Positions 13,500-27,960 are shown, counted from the first letter of the stretch. The stretch is 64,000 bases of DNA from Eledone cirrhosa (GCA_964016885.1 OZ024755.1:31248001-31312000); one strand, 5' to 3'. Numbers and translations are program-made. The notes: generated from the letters alone by a model not told the origin.

Positions 13500-13620
13500 A
13501 AGGAGCAACGTGAAATAAAGTGTCTTGCTCAAGGACATAACGCATCGCCTGGTCCAGGAATCGAACTCAACCATACGATTGCGAATCCAATTCTCTAACC
13601 ACTCAGCCACACGCCTTCAC
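13500..13620 (-). mobile_element. tRNA-SINE head fragment
   Basis: Reverse complement of the SINE head (aaagtgtcttgctcaagg...aatcgaactc...ctaaccactcagccac). Confidence 0.75.
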
Positions 13621-13709
13621 TTATATATATATATATATATAAATGAAAAATAGAGCGAGAAACGGGACTGTCCATCATCAGTGGTCTTCTGACTATCATC
13701 GGTATTATT

Positions 13710-13781
<72 letters not shown>

Positions 13782-14430
13782 TACACACACATACACGAAC
13801 ACATATATGTGTTTGTGTGTGTGTTTATTTGATTATAAAACTGACATGTGGCCTAATCTGTGTGTGTGCATATCATCATCATCATCATCAATATTTAATG
13901 TCCACTTTTTCTGCTAGCAAGGATTGGACAGGTATTTGTAGACCGAGTCTGTACTGAAGTGGGGCTACTGACCTCACAGACAGTCAGGGGGTGCACATCT
14001 TGCTTACATGCAGTTCCACATCTAACAAGAGTATTTTATCATGGCATCAACATGAGAGAGGTTGTCATGTCTTTGACACAATTGGAGGGTCCTTCCAACC
14101 CTTTGTTTGACAGGCTTTCTTAATGTTATTTTATACTGAATCTCCATCGTAACTACAAATTACGAACGTTGAGAGCTTTCTCCTGCTTGCTCCTGTTTTT
14201 ACCAAGACAATCTCTTCAGAATATATATATATATATATAATCATTAAATATATAAATAAATAAATAAATAAATGCCATTGTTAATTAATAAATAAATCAA
14301 CTAATACCTTAACACTTCACACAAAGTAAATATTTCGTTTTAATCATTTTCTAACCCAGAAAAAAGAGAGAAAGAAATAAAAAGGGAAAAAAATATTTTT
14401 TCTTCCTAATAATCGCGTTTTTCTCCCTGT

Positions 14431-14486
<56 letters not shown>

Positions 14487-14917
14487 TGGCAAGTAAACCT
14501 ACATAGGTGGAGGGTATAAATTTTATTTTTTTTATTCTTCCCCAAGAATCCTTTATCAATCAATCTTTGCTCTTCTCTAACTCTGCCAGATTAAAGTGAA
14601 GAGTGGGTTTAGATTGACAAATGGTAGTTGAGGAATGGTTGATATTCTGTTTTAGAGAAAAATCTGACATTTTCAGAGTCTGTTTTGTTCCATTGTCTAA
14701 TTTTGGTTGAAAATAACTCAACTGTTGAGAGATGGAATTGAAATGACACTTTATTTGTAAACAAAAATAAATAGAAATACAAAACTAAACTCTGACAGTT
14801 TTATGAAACTGTTCGTGGTTGACATTCTTCTGAGGTCACTTTCAATAACACCAAAGAAAACTCCATTGAGTCACCCTCCATCCAGTGTATTCTCAGTGTT
14901 TGCTTTATCTACCACAG

Positions 14918-15220
14918 TGAAGACACATAGTTTAGTGGCTAATGTGTTCTCCTCTCAATCAGAAGGTCATCAGTTTGATTTTTGGCAGTGTGCTGTGTCC
15001 TTGAACAAGACACTTTATTTCACATTGTTCCTGTCCTGCTGAGTTGTACTTAAAGTACCAGCTGTGTTACATTGTGCCACAATATAACAGGTGTCTGTGG
15101 AATGCTCAGCCACTTCCACATCAATTTCATGGATAGAACACACTGTCTGATCCTGGAATTGAACTCACAACCTTATCATTATGAATCCAACACCTTAACT
15201 GCTAGGCTACATGCCTTCAC
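14918..15220. mobile_element. Two degenerate tRNA-SINE head fragments in opposite orientation
   Basis: The + copy has tccttgaacaagacactttatttcac. The - copy has ggaattgaactcacaacc...atgccttcac. Confidence 0.6.
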
Positions 15221-15412
15221 GCTGTGAACATGGTGTAGTAGCTACCAACAGTCATTAAGCTTGCATGGCTAAACTCCTGCTTGAAAATTTTATCAGATAT
15301 AATTATTATATATTATTTATGGTAGCAACAACAATTAAATTGGGTCTGTTTAAATATTGTTGGCTTACAATCTAAACAACTCCCCTTCCCCATTAACTAA
15401 CAACCAAGATAT

Positions 15413-15962
15413 CTATCTATCTATCTAAGGCGGGTAAAATTCCCGAGATCCATGGACGAGTTCTCTCCAGCGGTCTCTGTCCCTCATTATCGCTGCCATG
15501 TCCTGCGTCTCCAACAGACCAGTGTCTGTCCTTAGGGTATCAACATACGTTAACCTTGGTCTTCCTCTTCTAGTGTGTCCATGTAGGGGCTCCCATGTAG
15601 GCTTCCTGTATTTGGGAATACGGAAGATGATGTGGTTGAGAGGAAGAGCAAGGCCTGGGCGGCGTGCCACAGCTTGAGATCGGTGTGGAAGTCGGACCTT
15701 CGTAGAGACCTGAAAATCCGCCTCTTCATTGCTGTAGTGGAGTCTGTGCTGCTGTATGGGTCTGAGACTTGGACACTGACCAAGAAACTCACTCAGATGG
15801 TGGATGGGTGCTACACGAGAATGCTGAGGATGGCTCTGAACATTAATCAGTATACACTGAGGATGAAAAACTCAGAGCTGTATGGGAGCATCCCAAAAGT
15901 GACACAGAGGAGACTGAGGTTAGCTGGACATGCTCACCGACATCCAGAGTTGACATTGCACT
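15413..15962. mobile_element. RTE LINE family B 3' fragment with inverted 5' part; (ATAG)n tail; 12-bp TSD
   Basis: 15413-15595 on - encodes WEPLHGHTRRGRPRLTYVDTL. 15596-15962 on + encodes VESVLLYGSETW...HAHRHPELTLHS. TSD CAACCAAGATAT at 15401-15412 and 15963-15974. Confidence 0.88.
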
Positions 15963-16389
15963 CAACCAAGATATGTTATCCAGCAATAATAACCAAGTTG
16001 TTATATAACACCATCACTTTGTTATTGAGAGACTTGCTATAATGTCTTCATTTGCCTCCATTCCTTTAGTAACTGAATGTCCATGTCTTCTCATTTCTTT
16101 CTCCGTATTTCATTTATTGATTTCTTTCATATATATCCCCCCTCTCCAAATTATTGGCATTGTGCTTAGAGTAGAACTTATTCTTTCATTTCATACACAC
16201 CATTTGAGTCTTGACTATATGTAATTCTTGCTTCAGTCTCAATGACAGATTCCGTCAGCAATCGTCTTTTACTATAGCCTCGGGTTGACCACTGCTTTGT
16301 GAGAAGAATTTGGTAGGCGAAAACTGCAGAAGCCCGTTTACACACTCTTGTTAGTCTAACAAAATGTTCACAAGTCTATTAAATATTTC

Positions 16390-16612
16390 AATAATTGTTT
16401 CTACTTTTGGCACAAGGCCAGCCATTACCATAATGCATCCTTACGGGGTCGATAAAATAAAGTACTTTATTTTACTTTATTTTATCGACCCCGTAAGGAT
16501 GAAAGGCAAAGTTAACCTCGGCGGGATTTGAACTCAGAATGGCAAGAGCCATAACTCTATGCGTCAAAGCATGCCGTCCGACCCTCTACCAATACTGCCA
16601 ATCCACCACCCT
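16390..16612 (-). mobile_element. SINE family 2 copy ((ATT)n tail) with internal 29-bp hairpin
   Basis: Reverse complement of the 28025-28217 element. Confidence 0.8.
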
Positions 16613-17237
16613 ACATTAAATATTTTAATAATAATCCTTGTCAAGGCTTTCGTTTTATACGTGTGTGTGTGTGTGTGGGGTGGGGGGTGGGGTCTTTATG
16701 CCGTGCAACATCGCTGTTCGACGTAAAGTCTATTAAAACTGTCCCAGGCTGAAACCAGTAAAGCAAGGACCGATGTAAAAGCCTCACAAGACGGGAGTTT
16801 GAGACTGGTTAAAGGGAAGTAATTCTCACATAGACTAAATTAATTATTTATTTGACTTTGTGATTACCAAATCTTAGTTAACTTTATCTGACTCTGGTCA
16901 GGCTGGAGCAACTCTTTTACTGGTGTCACTCATTCGACTGTGGCCATGCTGGAGCATTACATTAAACAGATTTCATCAATTGCCAGTACTTATTTTTTCA
17001 AGTCTGGTACATATTTTATCAAGCTCTTTTTGTCGAACTGCTAAGTTACAGGACATAAGCAAACTGTAAACTTAAACACAAACATGCATTTATACATGCA
17101 AAGAATATATATACATTTATGTACATTAGCAGAGGTACCCGGCAATGCCCTGGTATTTTATGAAAGTAACAATATAATTTGGCACAAAATATTTTACCAA
17201 TGAATTATGATTGCTGTATTTTAACTAAAGTAGGAAT

Positions 17238-17640
17238 TCATCATCATCATCATTTGGGGACGGGTCCTATTCAGCACAGCATCTCTCCACTTGTCACGGT
17301 CCTTCGTCATCTCCTCTGTGAGCTTCAGCGATCTGAGGTCTGCTCTCACCACCTCCGCCCATGTTTTTCATGGTCTTCGTCTATTGCATCTTCCTTTTAC
17401 TGGGATTTCTTGGCACTTCTTTACCCAGCGGTCATCCTCCATGTGCATCACATGGCCATACCATCGCAGTCTTCTCTCCTGCACACCACAATTTATCCCT
17501 CTTATACACAGTTTCTCTCTCAACTCATCTATACTTGGTCGTTCACACATATTGACATTGCACATCCAACGGAGCATGCTTGCCTTATTTCTCTCCAGCC
17601 GTCGCATATCCTCTGCAGTTGCTGCCCATGTCTCGCTACC
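17238..17640 (-). mobile_element. RTE family A 3' fragment
   Basis: YGSETWA...RRLRWYGHVMHMEDDRWVKKC followed by the (GAT)n tail. Confidence 0.88.
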
Positions 17641-17647
17641 ATATTCT

Positions 17648-17822
17648 ATAATTGTTTCTACTTTTTGGCACAAGGCCAGCAATTACCCAGTGCATTACTG
17701 GTACTTTATTTTATCGACCCCGTAAGGATGAAAGGCAAAGTCAACCTCGGCAGGATTTGAACTCAGATCGTAAAGGGACGTAACTATGCTGGAAAGCATG
17801 GCGTCCGACCCTCTACTGATAC
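17648..17822 (-). mobile_element. SINE family 2 copy
   Basis: tttatcgaccccgtaaggatgaaaggcaaagtcaac core. Confidence 0.8.
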
Positions 17823-17834
17823 ACCATATTCTAT

Positions 17835-18740
17835 AATGCTGCAGCATTACAGAAAAGAACAAAACAAAGAGGACAGGAGCCATGACACAACCCTGCTTTG
17901 CACCATTTGTAACAGCAAAGGGTTCAGAGCATTCACCATCTGACATAACTGATGCTTCCATGCCCTCATGGAAGTATATGAGGATATTTAGCATATTATC
18001 AGGTATGCCAAGCTTTTTTTCAGGATTTTAGAAAGAGCTTTGCGATTGTCATTGTCAAAGGCCTTAGTCAGGTCAGCAAAAACCAAAACAGCTTCTGGTT
18101 CTTTACATGAACCTTCGCTGCAACCTGGCGAAGAGAGAAAATCATGTCTATAGTAACCCCGACCAGATTGGTAACCTACATTAATTTTCAGGGTAGATAT
18201 CGTCAACAAGTCTGGATGTAATTCTGTTGAGAATGACATGGTATAGTATCTTACCAGCAATATAGAGAAGGGAGATGTTGAGAGAGTTGTCGCAGATAGA
18301 TTTTTTACCTTTGCTTTTGAACAGGTGGATTATCGATGCATCTCTCAACTCTCCAGAAATAGCTGAGGAAGCCTTCGAACCAGTTTTTTTATCACCATAT
18401 TTGAAGATTTCAGGAGGGATGCCATCTTTACCAGGAGCCTTATTCGATTTAATGCTAATTCAAGGGTCTCAGGCCTTTGTGGAATAGACAAAATTACATA
18501 TTCATCGACCTCTGATTCTGCATTAAGGACCTTCTCAAAGTGTTACTTCCAGTGAGTGAGAATCTCAGTTTTGTCCGTGTATAGGGTTGTTTTATCAGAA
18601 GAAAGCATTGAATCTGACCTGCCCTTCCTCGGACCATACACAGCCTTGAGCCCTTCATAAAAGGCTCATGAGTCCTTTTTGTCAGCAGCTTCTTGTAGAT
18701 ACTAGCGCCTAAGCACCACCACTAACTGCATCGTCTGACT
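17835..18740 (-). mobile_element. Degenerate BovB-like RTE RT fragment (family C)
   Basis: FADLTKAFD and FHEGM...VTNGAKQGCVMAPVLF in broken frames. Confidence 0.8.
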
Positions 18741-19499
18741 TGTTAAAGAAGCCTATTAACCAACCTTCAATGTTTTTTTCCTTTTGCTAATGTTTGCTGA
18801 TAGCTTTGAAATACATGTTAAATTGACACTTTCAGGCTTTTTGAGGAATTTGCTATGGAATCTTGGCTAATTTACAACAGTATTAGAGAAGAGATGATGA
18901 GTATTATCTTTAAGACTAAGAGTGGATTTTTTTTAGGGTGTTTCAATATATAGGAAAAAACAAGTAAATTAGTGTATGAGGCGCCTTTCCCGGGCCTCAT
19001 AGTAAATAACTAGATTTCTTTGTGAGGAGCTGAATTAGTAATAGAATATAAATGCTTGGCTTTTTAGCCAAGTGTTAATAAAGTCAAACTTAACATAAAT
19101 ACTCTACACTACCCTCTTTGACATGCCGAAAATATATTTTTTCTCTCATTTGTTTTTTTTTATCCGTTTGAATTGAAGTTTAGTATAATACCGTTTCTAC
19201 AGATTGTAGATAGTAGTATTGGATAAAATCTCTCTTAATGCCGTGCTTGTACACCTGACTGGCTTTCCTTCCTTAGGTCAGTCCACCTTCTTAGCCCTTC
19301 CCCCTTGTATTGCGGCCTGCTGAGCCCCCCACCGCCTTAAAGGTATTCAACTATTACACAATATCCCAGATCACTGACCACTCTCCGTTACAGACAAGAA
19401 AAACAACTAACTTTTAAGATTTTTTTGTTTAGATTTTTTTGTTTAGATTTTTTCACTTTTTTTGCTTTGACTACATGCCCATATATGGACTGTACCCCT

Positions 19500-19685
19500 T
19501 GATAAGTTCAGCTAGATTCCCGCCGTTCTAATACTGGTGGCTTAGTTCGGATCTAGTTGTCAAAATGGCCAGAGCTCAGTCGTTGGGGTTCTGAATTTTT
19601 TCATATTACCCACTCTACTAGCCCAAGTATTGAGTACTCTGGTGCATTATGGTCCACCTGGTATCTTACCACACCCTCTTTGTTA
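19500..19685 (+). mobile_element. Short interspersed element of the TATTGAGTAC family
   Basis: Reverse-complement similarity to 29748-29830 and to the 126-bp repeat unit at 55489. Confidence 0.65.
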
Positions 19686-19887
19686 CATGTGTGTGTGTGT
19701 GTGTGTTTGTGTAATTCTTTCTCTCTGTGTATGTGCTTTAAATTCATTTATTTATTTATTTATTTATTTTCCTTATCCGATTTCTCTGTAACCCCCCTCC
19801 CCCCCACTTTATCTTTATCTTTGTAATGTCTCCTCATTCGGTGCCATTGTGGCAAATAAAAGATTATTGTGTCTTGTATTTCAACAG

Positions 19888-20156
19888 AGGCTGCCTCACT
19901 ATCTACTTCAACAGAAAGTCCTGTCACAGTAACTGGTGGCACAACCACCACCATCACCACCACTAACAGCACCACATCCAGCCAGCCCGGTTCTCCTAAC
20001 CAGTCCAGCTCCCTGAATCAGTCGAGGACCACCACCAATAGTGTGTCCCCTACCACCAATCTGTCCACTACTAGCAATACAATTTCCAGGTCTTCCAACC
20101 ATTCAAATGCTTCCACTCCGTTCACCACTTCCAGCATGGTTACCAAAAAAATTCAG
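19888..20156 (+). CDS. KIAA0319L: Exon 2: Ser/Thr-rich mucin-like stalk
   Basis: ttcaacag| acceptor and CAG|gtaaaa donor, phase 1-0. Encodes EAASLSTSTESPVTVTGGTTTT...MVTKKIQ. Confidence 0.8.
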
Positions 20157-20264
20157 GTAAAAGGCAAATATTTTTGTTCCATCCCCTAATTTGAGGGATC
20201 CCTAAAATGTTTTGTTCCAGCTCTGAAGTCTCAGACTTTGTCAGTTTGATCTCTGAAGCTGATT

Positions 20265-21185
20265 CTCTCTCTCCCTTACTCTCTCACACACTCCCTCTCT
20301 CTTACTCTCTCACACACACTCCCTCTCTCTTACTTTCTCACACACACTCACTCTCACACACTCTCTCTCCCTTACTCTCTAACACACACTCCCTCTCTCT
20401 CTTACTTTCTCACACACACTCACTCTCACACACTCTCTCTCCCTTACTCTCTAACACACTCCCTCTCTCTTACTCTCTCACACACTCCCTCTCTCTTACT
20501 CTCTCACACACACACTCTCTCTCACACACACTCCCTCTCTCTTACTCTCACACACACTCTCTCTTACTCTCTCACACACACACTCTCTCTCACACACACT
20601 CCCTCTCTCTTACTCTCTCACACACACTCTCTCTCTCTCTCTTACTCTCTCACACACACACACTCTCTCTTACTCTCTCACACACACACTCTCTCTCTCT
20701 CTTACTCTCTCACACACACTCTCTCCCTTACTCTCTCACACACACTCTCTCTCACTCTCTCACACACACTCTCTCTCTCTCACACACACTCCCTCTTACT
20801 CTCTCACACACACTCATCTCTATCTTTCTCTCTCTTCTCCCAATCTCCCTCTTCCCTCTCTCCCCGTCTCTCTCCCCTTCTCTCTCCTCTTCTCTCTTCA
20901 TCCTCTGCCTTTTCTCTCTGAGATTAGTTATGTTCCCACCTGTAACAGTGTACACTCCACCAGGTAACAGTGGAGTGACCACACCACCACCACAGCCCCA
21001 CCACTGACCACCACACCTCCACTGACCACCACACCACCACACCACCACTGACCACCACCACACCTCCACTGACCACCACACCACCACTGACCACCACACC
21101 ACCTCCACTGACCACCACACCACCACTGACCACCATACCACCACCACACCTCCACTGACCACCTCACCACCTCCACTGACCCTCA
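20265..21185. repeat. Compound CT/CA and CACCAC low-complexity repeats
   Basis: Direct inspection. Confidence 0.9.
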
Positions 21186-21757
21186 CACCACCACCACACC
21201 TGTAATAGACATGTCTCTAATATTGTAGGTGACCACACCTGTCCACAATACAACTGTCTCTGCAGCCACAACACCTCCACTACACCACCACCACACCCTC
21301 ACACCACCACCACCACCACCACAACACCTCCACTGACCTTCACACCACCACCACCACACCTGTAATAGACATGTCTCTGTAATATTTGTAGGTGACCACA
21401 CCTGTCCACAATACAACTGTCTCTGCAGCCACAACACCTCCACTACACCACCACCACACCCTCACACCACCATCACCACCGCCACAACACCTCCACTGAC
21501 CCTCACACCACCACCACCACACCTGTAATAGACATGTCTCTAATATTGTAGGTGACCACACCTGTCCACAATACAACTGTCTCTGCAGCCACAACACCTC
21601 CACTACACCACCACCACACCCTCACACCACCACCACCGCCACAACACCTCCACTGACCCTCACACCACCACCACCACACCTGTAATAGACATGTCTCTGT
21701 AATATTTGTAGGTGACCACACCTGTCCACAATACAACTGTCTCTGCAGCCACAACAA
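21186..21757 (+). repeat. About 160-bp tandem repeat x4 containing the exon-3 splice acceptor and first 45 nt of the exon
   Basis: tgtaatagacatgtctct..tgtag|gtgaccacacctgtccacaatac recurs, with AG ending at 21228, 21391, 21551 and 21711. Confidence 0.9.
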
Positions 21758-21775
21758 CCAAAGTGGTGCCAATAC
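21712..21775 (+). CDS. KIAA0319L: Exon 3: short Thr-rich exon
   Basis: tttgtag| acceptor and C|gtgagt donor, phase 0-1, which bridges the flanking exons. Encodes VTTPVHNTTVSAATTTKVVPI. Confidence 0.75.
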
Positions 21776-21786
21776 GTGAGTAGTAA

Positions 21787-22493
21787 CCTCTCTCTCTCTC
21801 TACCTCTGCCTCTCTACCTCTCTCTCTCTCTCTACCTCTGCCTCTCTACCTCTCTCTCTCTCTCTCTACCTCTGCCTCTCTACCTCTCTCTCTCTCTCTC
21901 TACCTCTGCCTCTCTACCTCTCTCTCTCTCTCTCTACCTCTGCCTCTCTACCTCTCTCTCTCTCTCTCTACCTCTGCCTCTCTACCTCTCTCTCTCTCTC
22001 TCTACCTCTGCCTCTCTACCTCTCTCTCTCTCTCTCTACCTCTGCCTCTCTACCTCTCTCTCTCTCTCCCTCTCTCTCTCTACCTCTGCCTCTCTACCTC
22101 TCTCTCTCTCTCTCTACCTCTGCCTCTCTACCTCTCTCTCTCTCTCTCTACCTCTGCCTCTCTACCTCTCTCTCTCTCTCCCTCTCTCTCTCTACCTCTG
22201 CCTCTCTACCTCTCTCTCTCTCTCTCTACCTCTGCCTCTCTACCTCTCTCTACCTGTCTCTCTCTCTCTCTCTGCCTCTCTACTTCTGCCTGTCTCTCTC
22301 TCTACCTCTGCCTGTCTCTCTCTCTCTCTCTCTCTACCTCTCTCTACCTCTGCCTGTCTCTCTCTCTCTCTGCCTCTCTCTCTCTACCTCTCTCTCTCTC
22401 TCTCTACCTCTCTCTGTCTGTCTGTCTCTCTCTCTCTACCCCTACCTCGCTCGCTCTCTCTTTCTCTCTCTCTACCTCTCTCTACCTCTGCTG

Positions 22494-22553
<60 letters not shown>

Positions 22554-22572
22554 TTCTCTCTCTCTACCTCTG

Positions 22573-22609
<37 letters not shown>

Positions 22610-22680
22610 TACCTCTCTACCTCTGCCTGCCTCTCTACCTCTCCCCCCCTCTCTCTACATCTCTCTGCCCCCTCTCTCTC
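21787..22680. repeat. (CT)n-rich compound microsatellite
   Basis: Direct inspection. Confidence 0.95.
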
Positions 22681-22754
22681 TGTCAGTCTGTCTGTACAAC
22701 TGTGGTGGGGTTCACTCATTCCACCACCTCAGGAAGTATTTACTGTTTTAAACC

Positions 22755-25700
22755 ACATATAGCTACTACCACTACTACCACTACTACCACTATATATAGC
22801 TACTACCACTACTACCACTACTACCACTACTACCACTACATATAGCTACTACCACTACTACCACTACTACCACTACATATAGCTACTACCACTACTACCA
22901 CTACATATAGCTACTACCACTACTACCACTACATATAGCTACTACCACTAATACCACTATATATAGCTACTACCACTACTACCACTACTACCACTATATA
23001 TAGCTACTACCACTACTACCACTACTACCACTATATATAGCTACTACCACTACTACCACTACTACCACTATATATAGCTACTACCACTACTACCACTATA
23101 TATAGCTGCTACCACTACTACCACTACTACCACTATATATAGCTACTACCACTACTACCACTATATATAGCTACTACCACTAATACCACTATATATAGCT
23201 ACTACCACTACTACCACTATATATAGCTACTACCACTACTACCACTACTACCACTATATATAGCTACTACCACTACTACCACTATATATAGCTACTACCA
23301 CTAATACCACTACTACCACTATATATAGCTACTACCACTACTACCACTACTACCACTATATATAGCTACTACCACTACTACCACTACTACCACTACATAT
23401 AGCTACTACCACTAATACCACTATATATAGCTACTACCACTACTACCACTACTACCACTATATATAGCTACTACCACTACTACCACTACTACCACTATAT
23501 ATAGCTACTACCACTACTACCACTACTACCACTATATATAGCTACTACCACTACTACCACTATATATAGCTACTACCACTACTACCACTATATATAGCTA
23601 CTACCACTACTACCACTACTACCACTATATATAGCTACTACCACTACTACCACTACTACCACTATATATAGCTACTACCACTACTACCACTACTACCACT
23701 ATATATAGCTACTACCACTAATACCACTACTACCACTATATATAGCTACTACCACTACTACCACTACTACCACTACATATAGCTACTACCACTACTACCA
23801 CTACTACCACTATATATAGCTACTACCACTACTACCACTACTACCACTACATATAGCTACTACCACTAATACCACTATATATAGCTACTACCACTACTAC
23901 CACTATATATAGCTACTACCACTACTACCACTACTACCACTATATATAGCTACTACCACTACTACCACTACTACCACTATATATAGCTACTACCACTACT
24001 ACCACTACTACCACTATATATAGCTACTACCACTACTACCACTAATACCACTATATATAGCTACTACCACTACTACCACTACTACCACTATATATAGCTA
24101 CTACCACTACTACCACTACTACCACTACATATAGCTACTACCACTAATACCACTATATATAGCTACTACCACTACTACCACTACTACCACTATATATAGC
24201 TACTACCACTACTACCACTACTACCACTATATATAGCTACTACCACTACTACCACTACTACCACTATATATAGCTACTACCACTACTACCACTACTACCA
24301 CTATATATAGCTACTACCACTACTACCACTACTACCACTATATATAGCTACTACCACTACTACCACTATATATAGCTACTACCACTACTACCTCTACTAC
24401 CACTATATATAGCTACTACCACTACTACCACTATATATAGCTACTACCACTACTACCACTACTACCACTATATATAGCTACTACCACTACTACCACTACT
24501 ACCACTATATATAGCTACTACCACTACTACCACTATATATAGCTACTACCACTACTACCACTACTACCACTATATATAGCTACTACCACTACTACCACTA
24601 TATATAGCTACTACCACTACTACCACTATATATAGCTACTACCACTACTACCACTACTACCACTATATATAGCTACTACCACTACTACCACTACTACCAC
24701 TATATATAGCTACTACCACTACTACCACTACTACCACTACATATAGCTACTACCACTAATACCACTATATATAGCTACTACCACTACTACCACTACTACC
24801 ACTATATATAGCTACTACCACTACTACCACTACTACCACTATATATAGCTACTACCACTACTACCACTACTACCACTATATATAGCTACTACCACTACTA
24901 CCACTATATATAGCTACTACCACTACTACCACTATATATAGCTACTACCACTACTACCACTACTACCACTACATATAGCTACTACCACTAATACCACTAT
25001 ATATATAGCTACTACCACTACTACCACTACTACCACTATATATAGCTACTACCACTACTACCACTACATATAGCTACTACCACTACTACCACTACATATA
25101 GCTACTACCACTACTACCACTACATATAGCTACTACCACTACTACCACTACATATAGCTACTACCACTACTACCACTACATATAGCTACTACCACTACTA
25201 CCACTAATACCACTATATATAGCTACTACCACTACTATCACTACTACCACTATATATAGCTACTACCACTACTACCACTACATATAGCTACTACCACTAC
25301 TACCACTACATATAGCTACTACCACTACTACCACTACATATAGCTACTACCACTACTACCACTATATATAGCTACTACCACTACTACCACTACTACCACT
25401 ATATATAGCTACTACCACTACTATCACTACTACCACTATATATAGCTACTACCACTACTACCACTACTACCACTATATATAGCTACTACCACTACTACCA
25501 CTATATATAGCTACTACCACTACTACCACTACTACCACTATATATAGCTACTACCACTACTACCTCTACTACCACTATATATAGCTACTACCACTATATA
25601 TAGCTACTACCACTACTACCACTACTACCACTATATATAGCTACTACCACTACTACCACTACTACCACTACATATAGCTACTACCACTAATACCACTATA

Positions 25701-27960
25701 TATAGCTACTACCACTACTACCACTACTACCACTATATATAGCTACTACCACTACTACCACTACTACCACTATATATAGCTACTACCACTACTACCACTA
25801 CTACCACTATATATAGCTACTACCACTACTACCACTACTACCACTATATATAGCTACTACCACTACTACCACTATATATAGCTACTACCACTACTACCAC
25901 TACTACCACTATATATAGCTACTACCACTACTACCTCTACTACCACTATATATAGCTACTACCACTACTACCACTATATATAGCTACTACCACTACTACC
26001 ACTACTACCACTATATATAGCTACTACCACTACTACCACTACTACCACTATATATAGCTACTACCACTACTACCACTACTACCACTATATATAGCTACTA
26101 CCACTACTACCACTACTACCACTATATATAGCTACTACCACTACTACCACTATATATAGCTACTACCACTACTACCACTACTACCACTATATATAGCTAC
26201 TACCACTACTACCACTATATATAGCTACTACCACTACTACCACTATATATAGCTACTACCACTACTACCACTACTACCACTATATATAGCTACTACCACT
26301 ACTACCACTACATATAGCTACTACCACTACTACCACTACATATAGCTACTACCACTACTACCACTACATATAGCTACTACCACTACTACCACTAATACCA
26401 CTATATATAGCTACTACCACTACTACCACTACTACCACTATATATAGCTACTACCACTACTATCACTACTACCACTATATATAGCTACTACCACTACTAC
26501 CACTACTACCACTATATATAGCTACTACCACTACTACCACTATATATAGCTACTACCACTACTACCACTACTACCACTATATATAGCTACTACCACTACT
26601 ACCTCTACTACCACTATATATAGCTACTACCACTATATATAGCTACTACCACTACTACCACTACTACCACTATATATAGCTACTACCACTACTACCACTA
26701 CTACCACTACATATAGCTACTACCACTAATACCACTATATATAGCTACTACCACTACTACCACTACTACCACTATATATAGCTACTACCACTACTACCAC
26801 TACTACCACTATATATAGCTACTACCACTACTACCACTACTACCACTATATATAGCTACTACCACTACTACCACTACTACCACTATATATAGCTACTACC
26901 ACTACTACCACTATATATAGCTACTACCACTACTACCACTACTACCACTATATATAGCTACTACCACTACTACCACTATATATAGCTACTACCACTACTA
27001 CCACTACTACCACTATATATAGCTACTACCACTACTACCACTACTACCACTATATATAGCTACTACCACTACTACCACTACTACCACTATATATAGCTAC
27101 TACCACTACTACCACTACTACCACTATATATAGCTACTACCACTACTACCACTATATATAGCTACTACCACTACTACCACTATATATAGCTACTACCACT
27201 ACTACCACTACTACCACTATATATAGCTACTACCACTACTACCACTACTACCACTATATATAGCTACTACCACTACTACCACTACTACCACTATATATAT
27301 AGCTACTACCACTACTACCACTACTACCACTATATATAGCTACTACCACTACTACCTCTACTACCACTATATATATAGCTACTACCACTACTACCACTAC
27401 TACCACTATATATAGCTACTACCACTACTACCACTACTACCACTACATATAGCTACTACCACTACTACCACTATATATAGCTACTACCACTACTACCACT
27501 ATATATAGCTACTACCACTACTACCACTACTACCACTATATATAGCTACTACCACTACTACCACTACTACCACTATATATAGCTACTACCACTACTACCA
27601 CTACTACCACTACATATAGCTACTACCACTACTACCACTATATATAGCTACTACCACTACTACCTCTACTACCACTATATATATAGCTACTACCACTACT
27701 ACCACTACTACCACTATATATAGCTACTACCACTACTACCACTACTACCACTATATATAGCTACTATCACTACTACCACTATATATAGCTACTACCACTA
27801 CTACCACTACTACCACTATATATAGCTACTATCACTACTACCACTATATATAGCTACTACCACTACTACCACTATATATAGCTACTACCAGTACTACCAC
27901 TATATATAACTACTACCACTACTACTACTACTACTACTAATATTATATATAGCTACTATC
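22755..27960. repeat. 5.2-kb satellite of TATATAGC + (TACTACCAC)2-3 units
   Basis: Variable units of about 26 or 35 bp, built on a 9-bp subrepeat. Confidence 0.96.

Noticed and set aside
18970-19015. Hairpin tatgaggc...gcctcata as a hammerhead
   Set aside because: No CUGANGA/GAAA core on either strand.
20928-20962. Possible mini-exon (attag|...ccag|gtaaca) with a small cactccac/gtggagtg hairpin
   Set aside because: It has a TAA stop in the phase required after exon 2, and its length breaks the frame.
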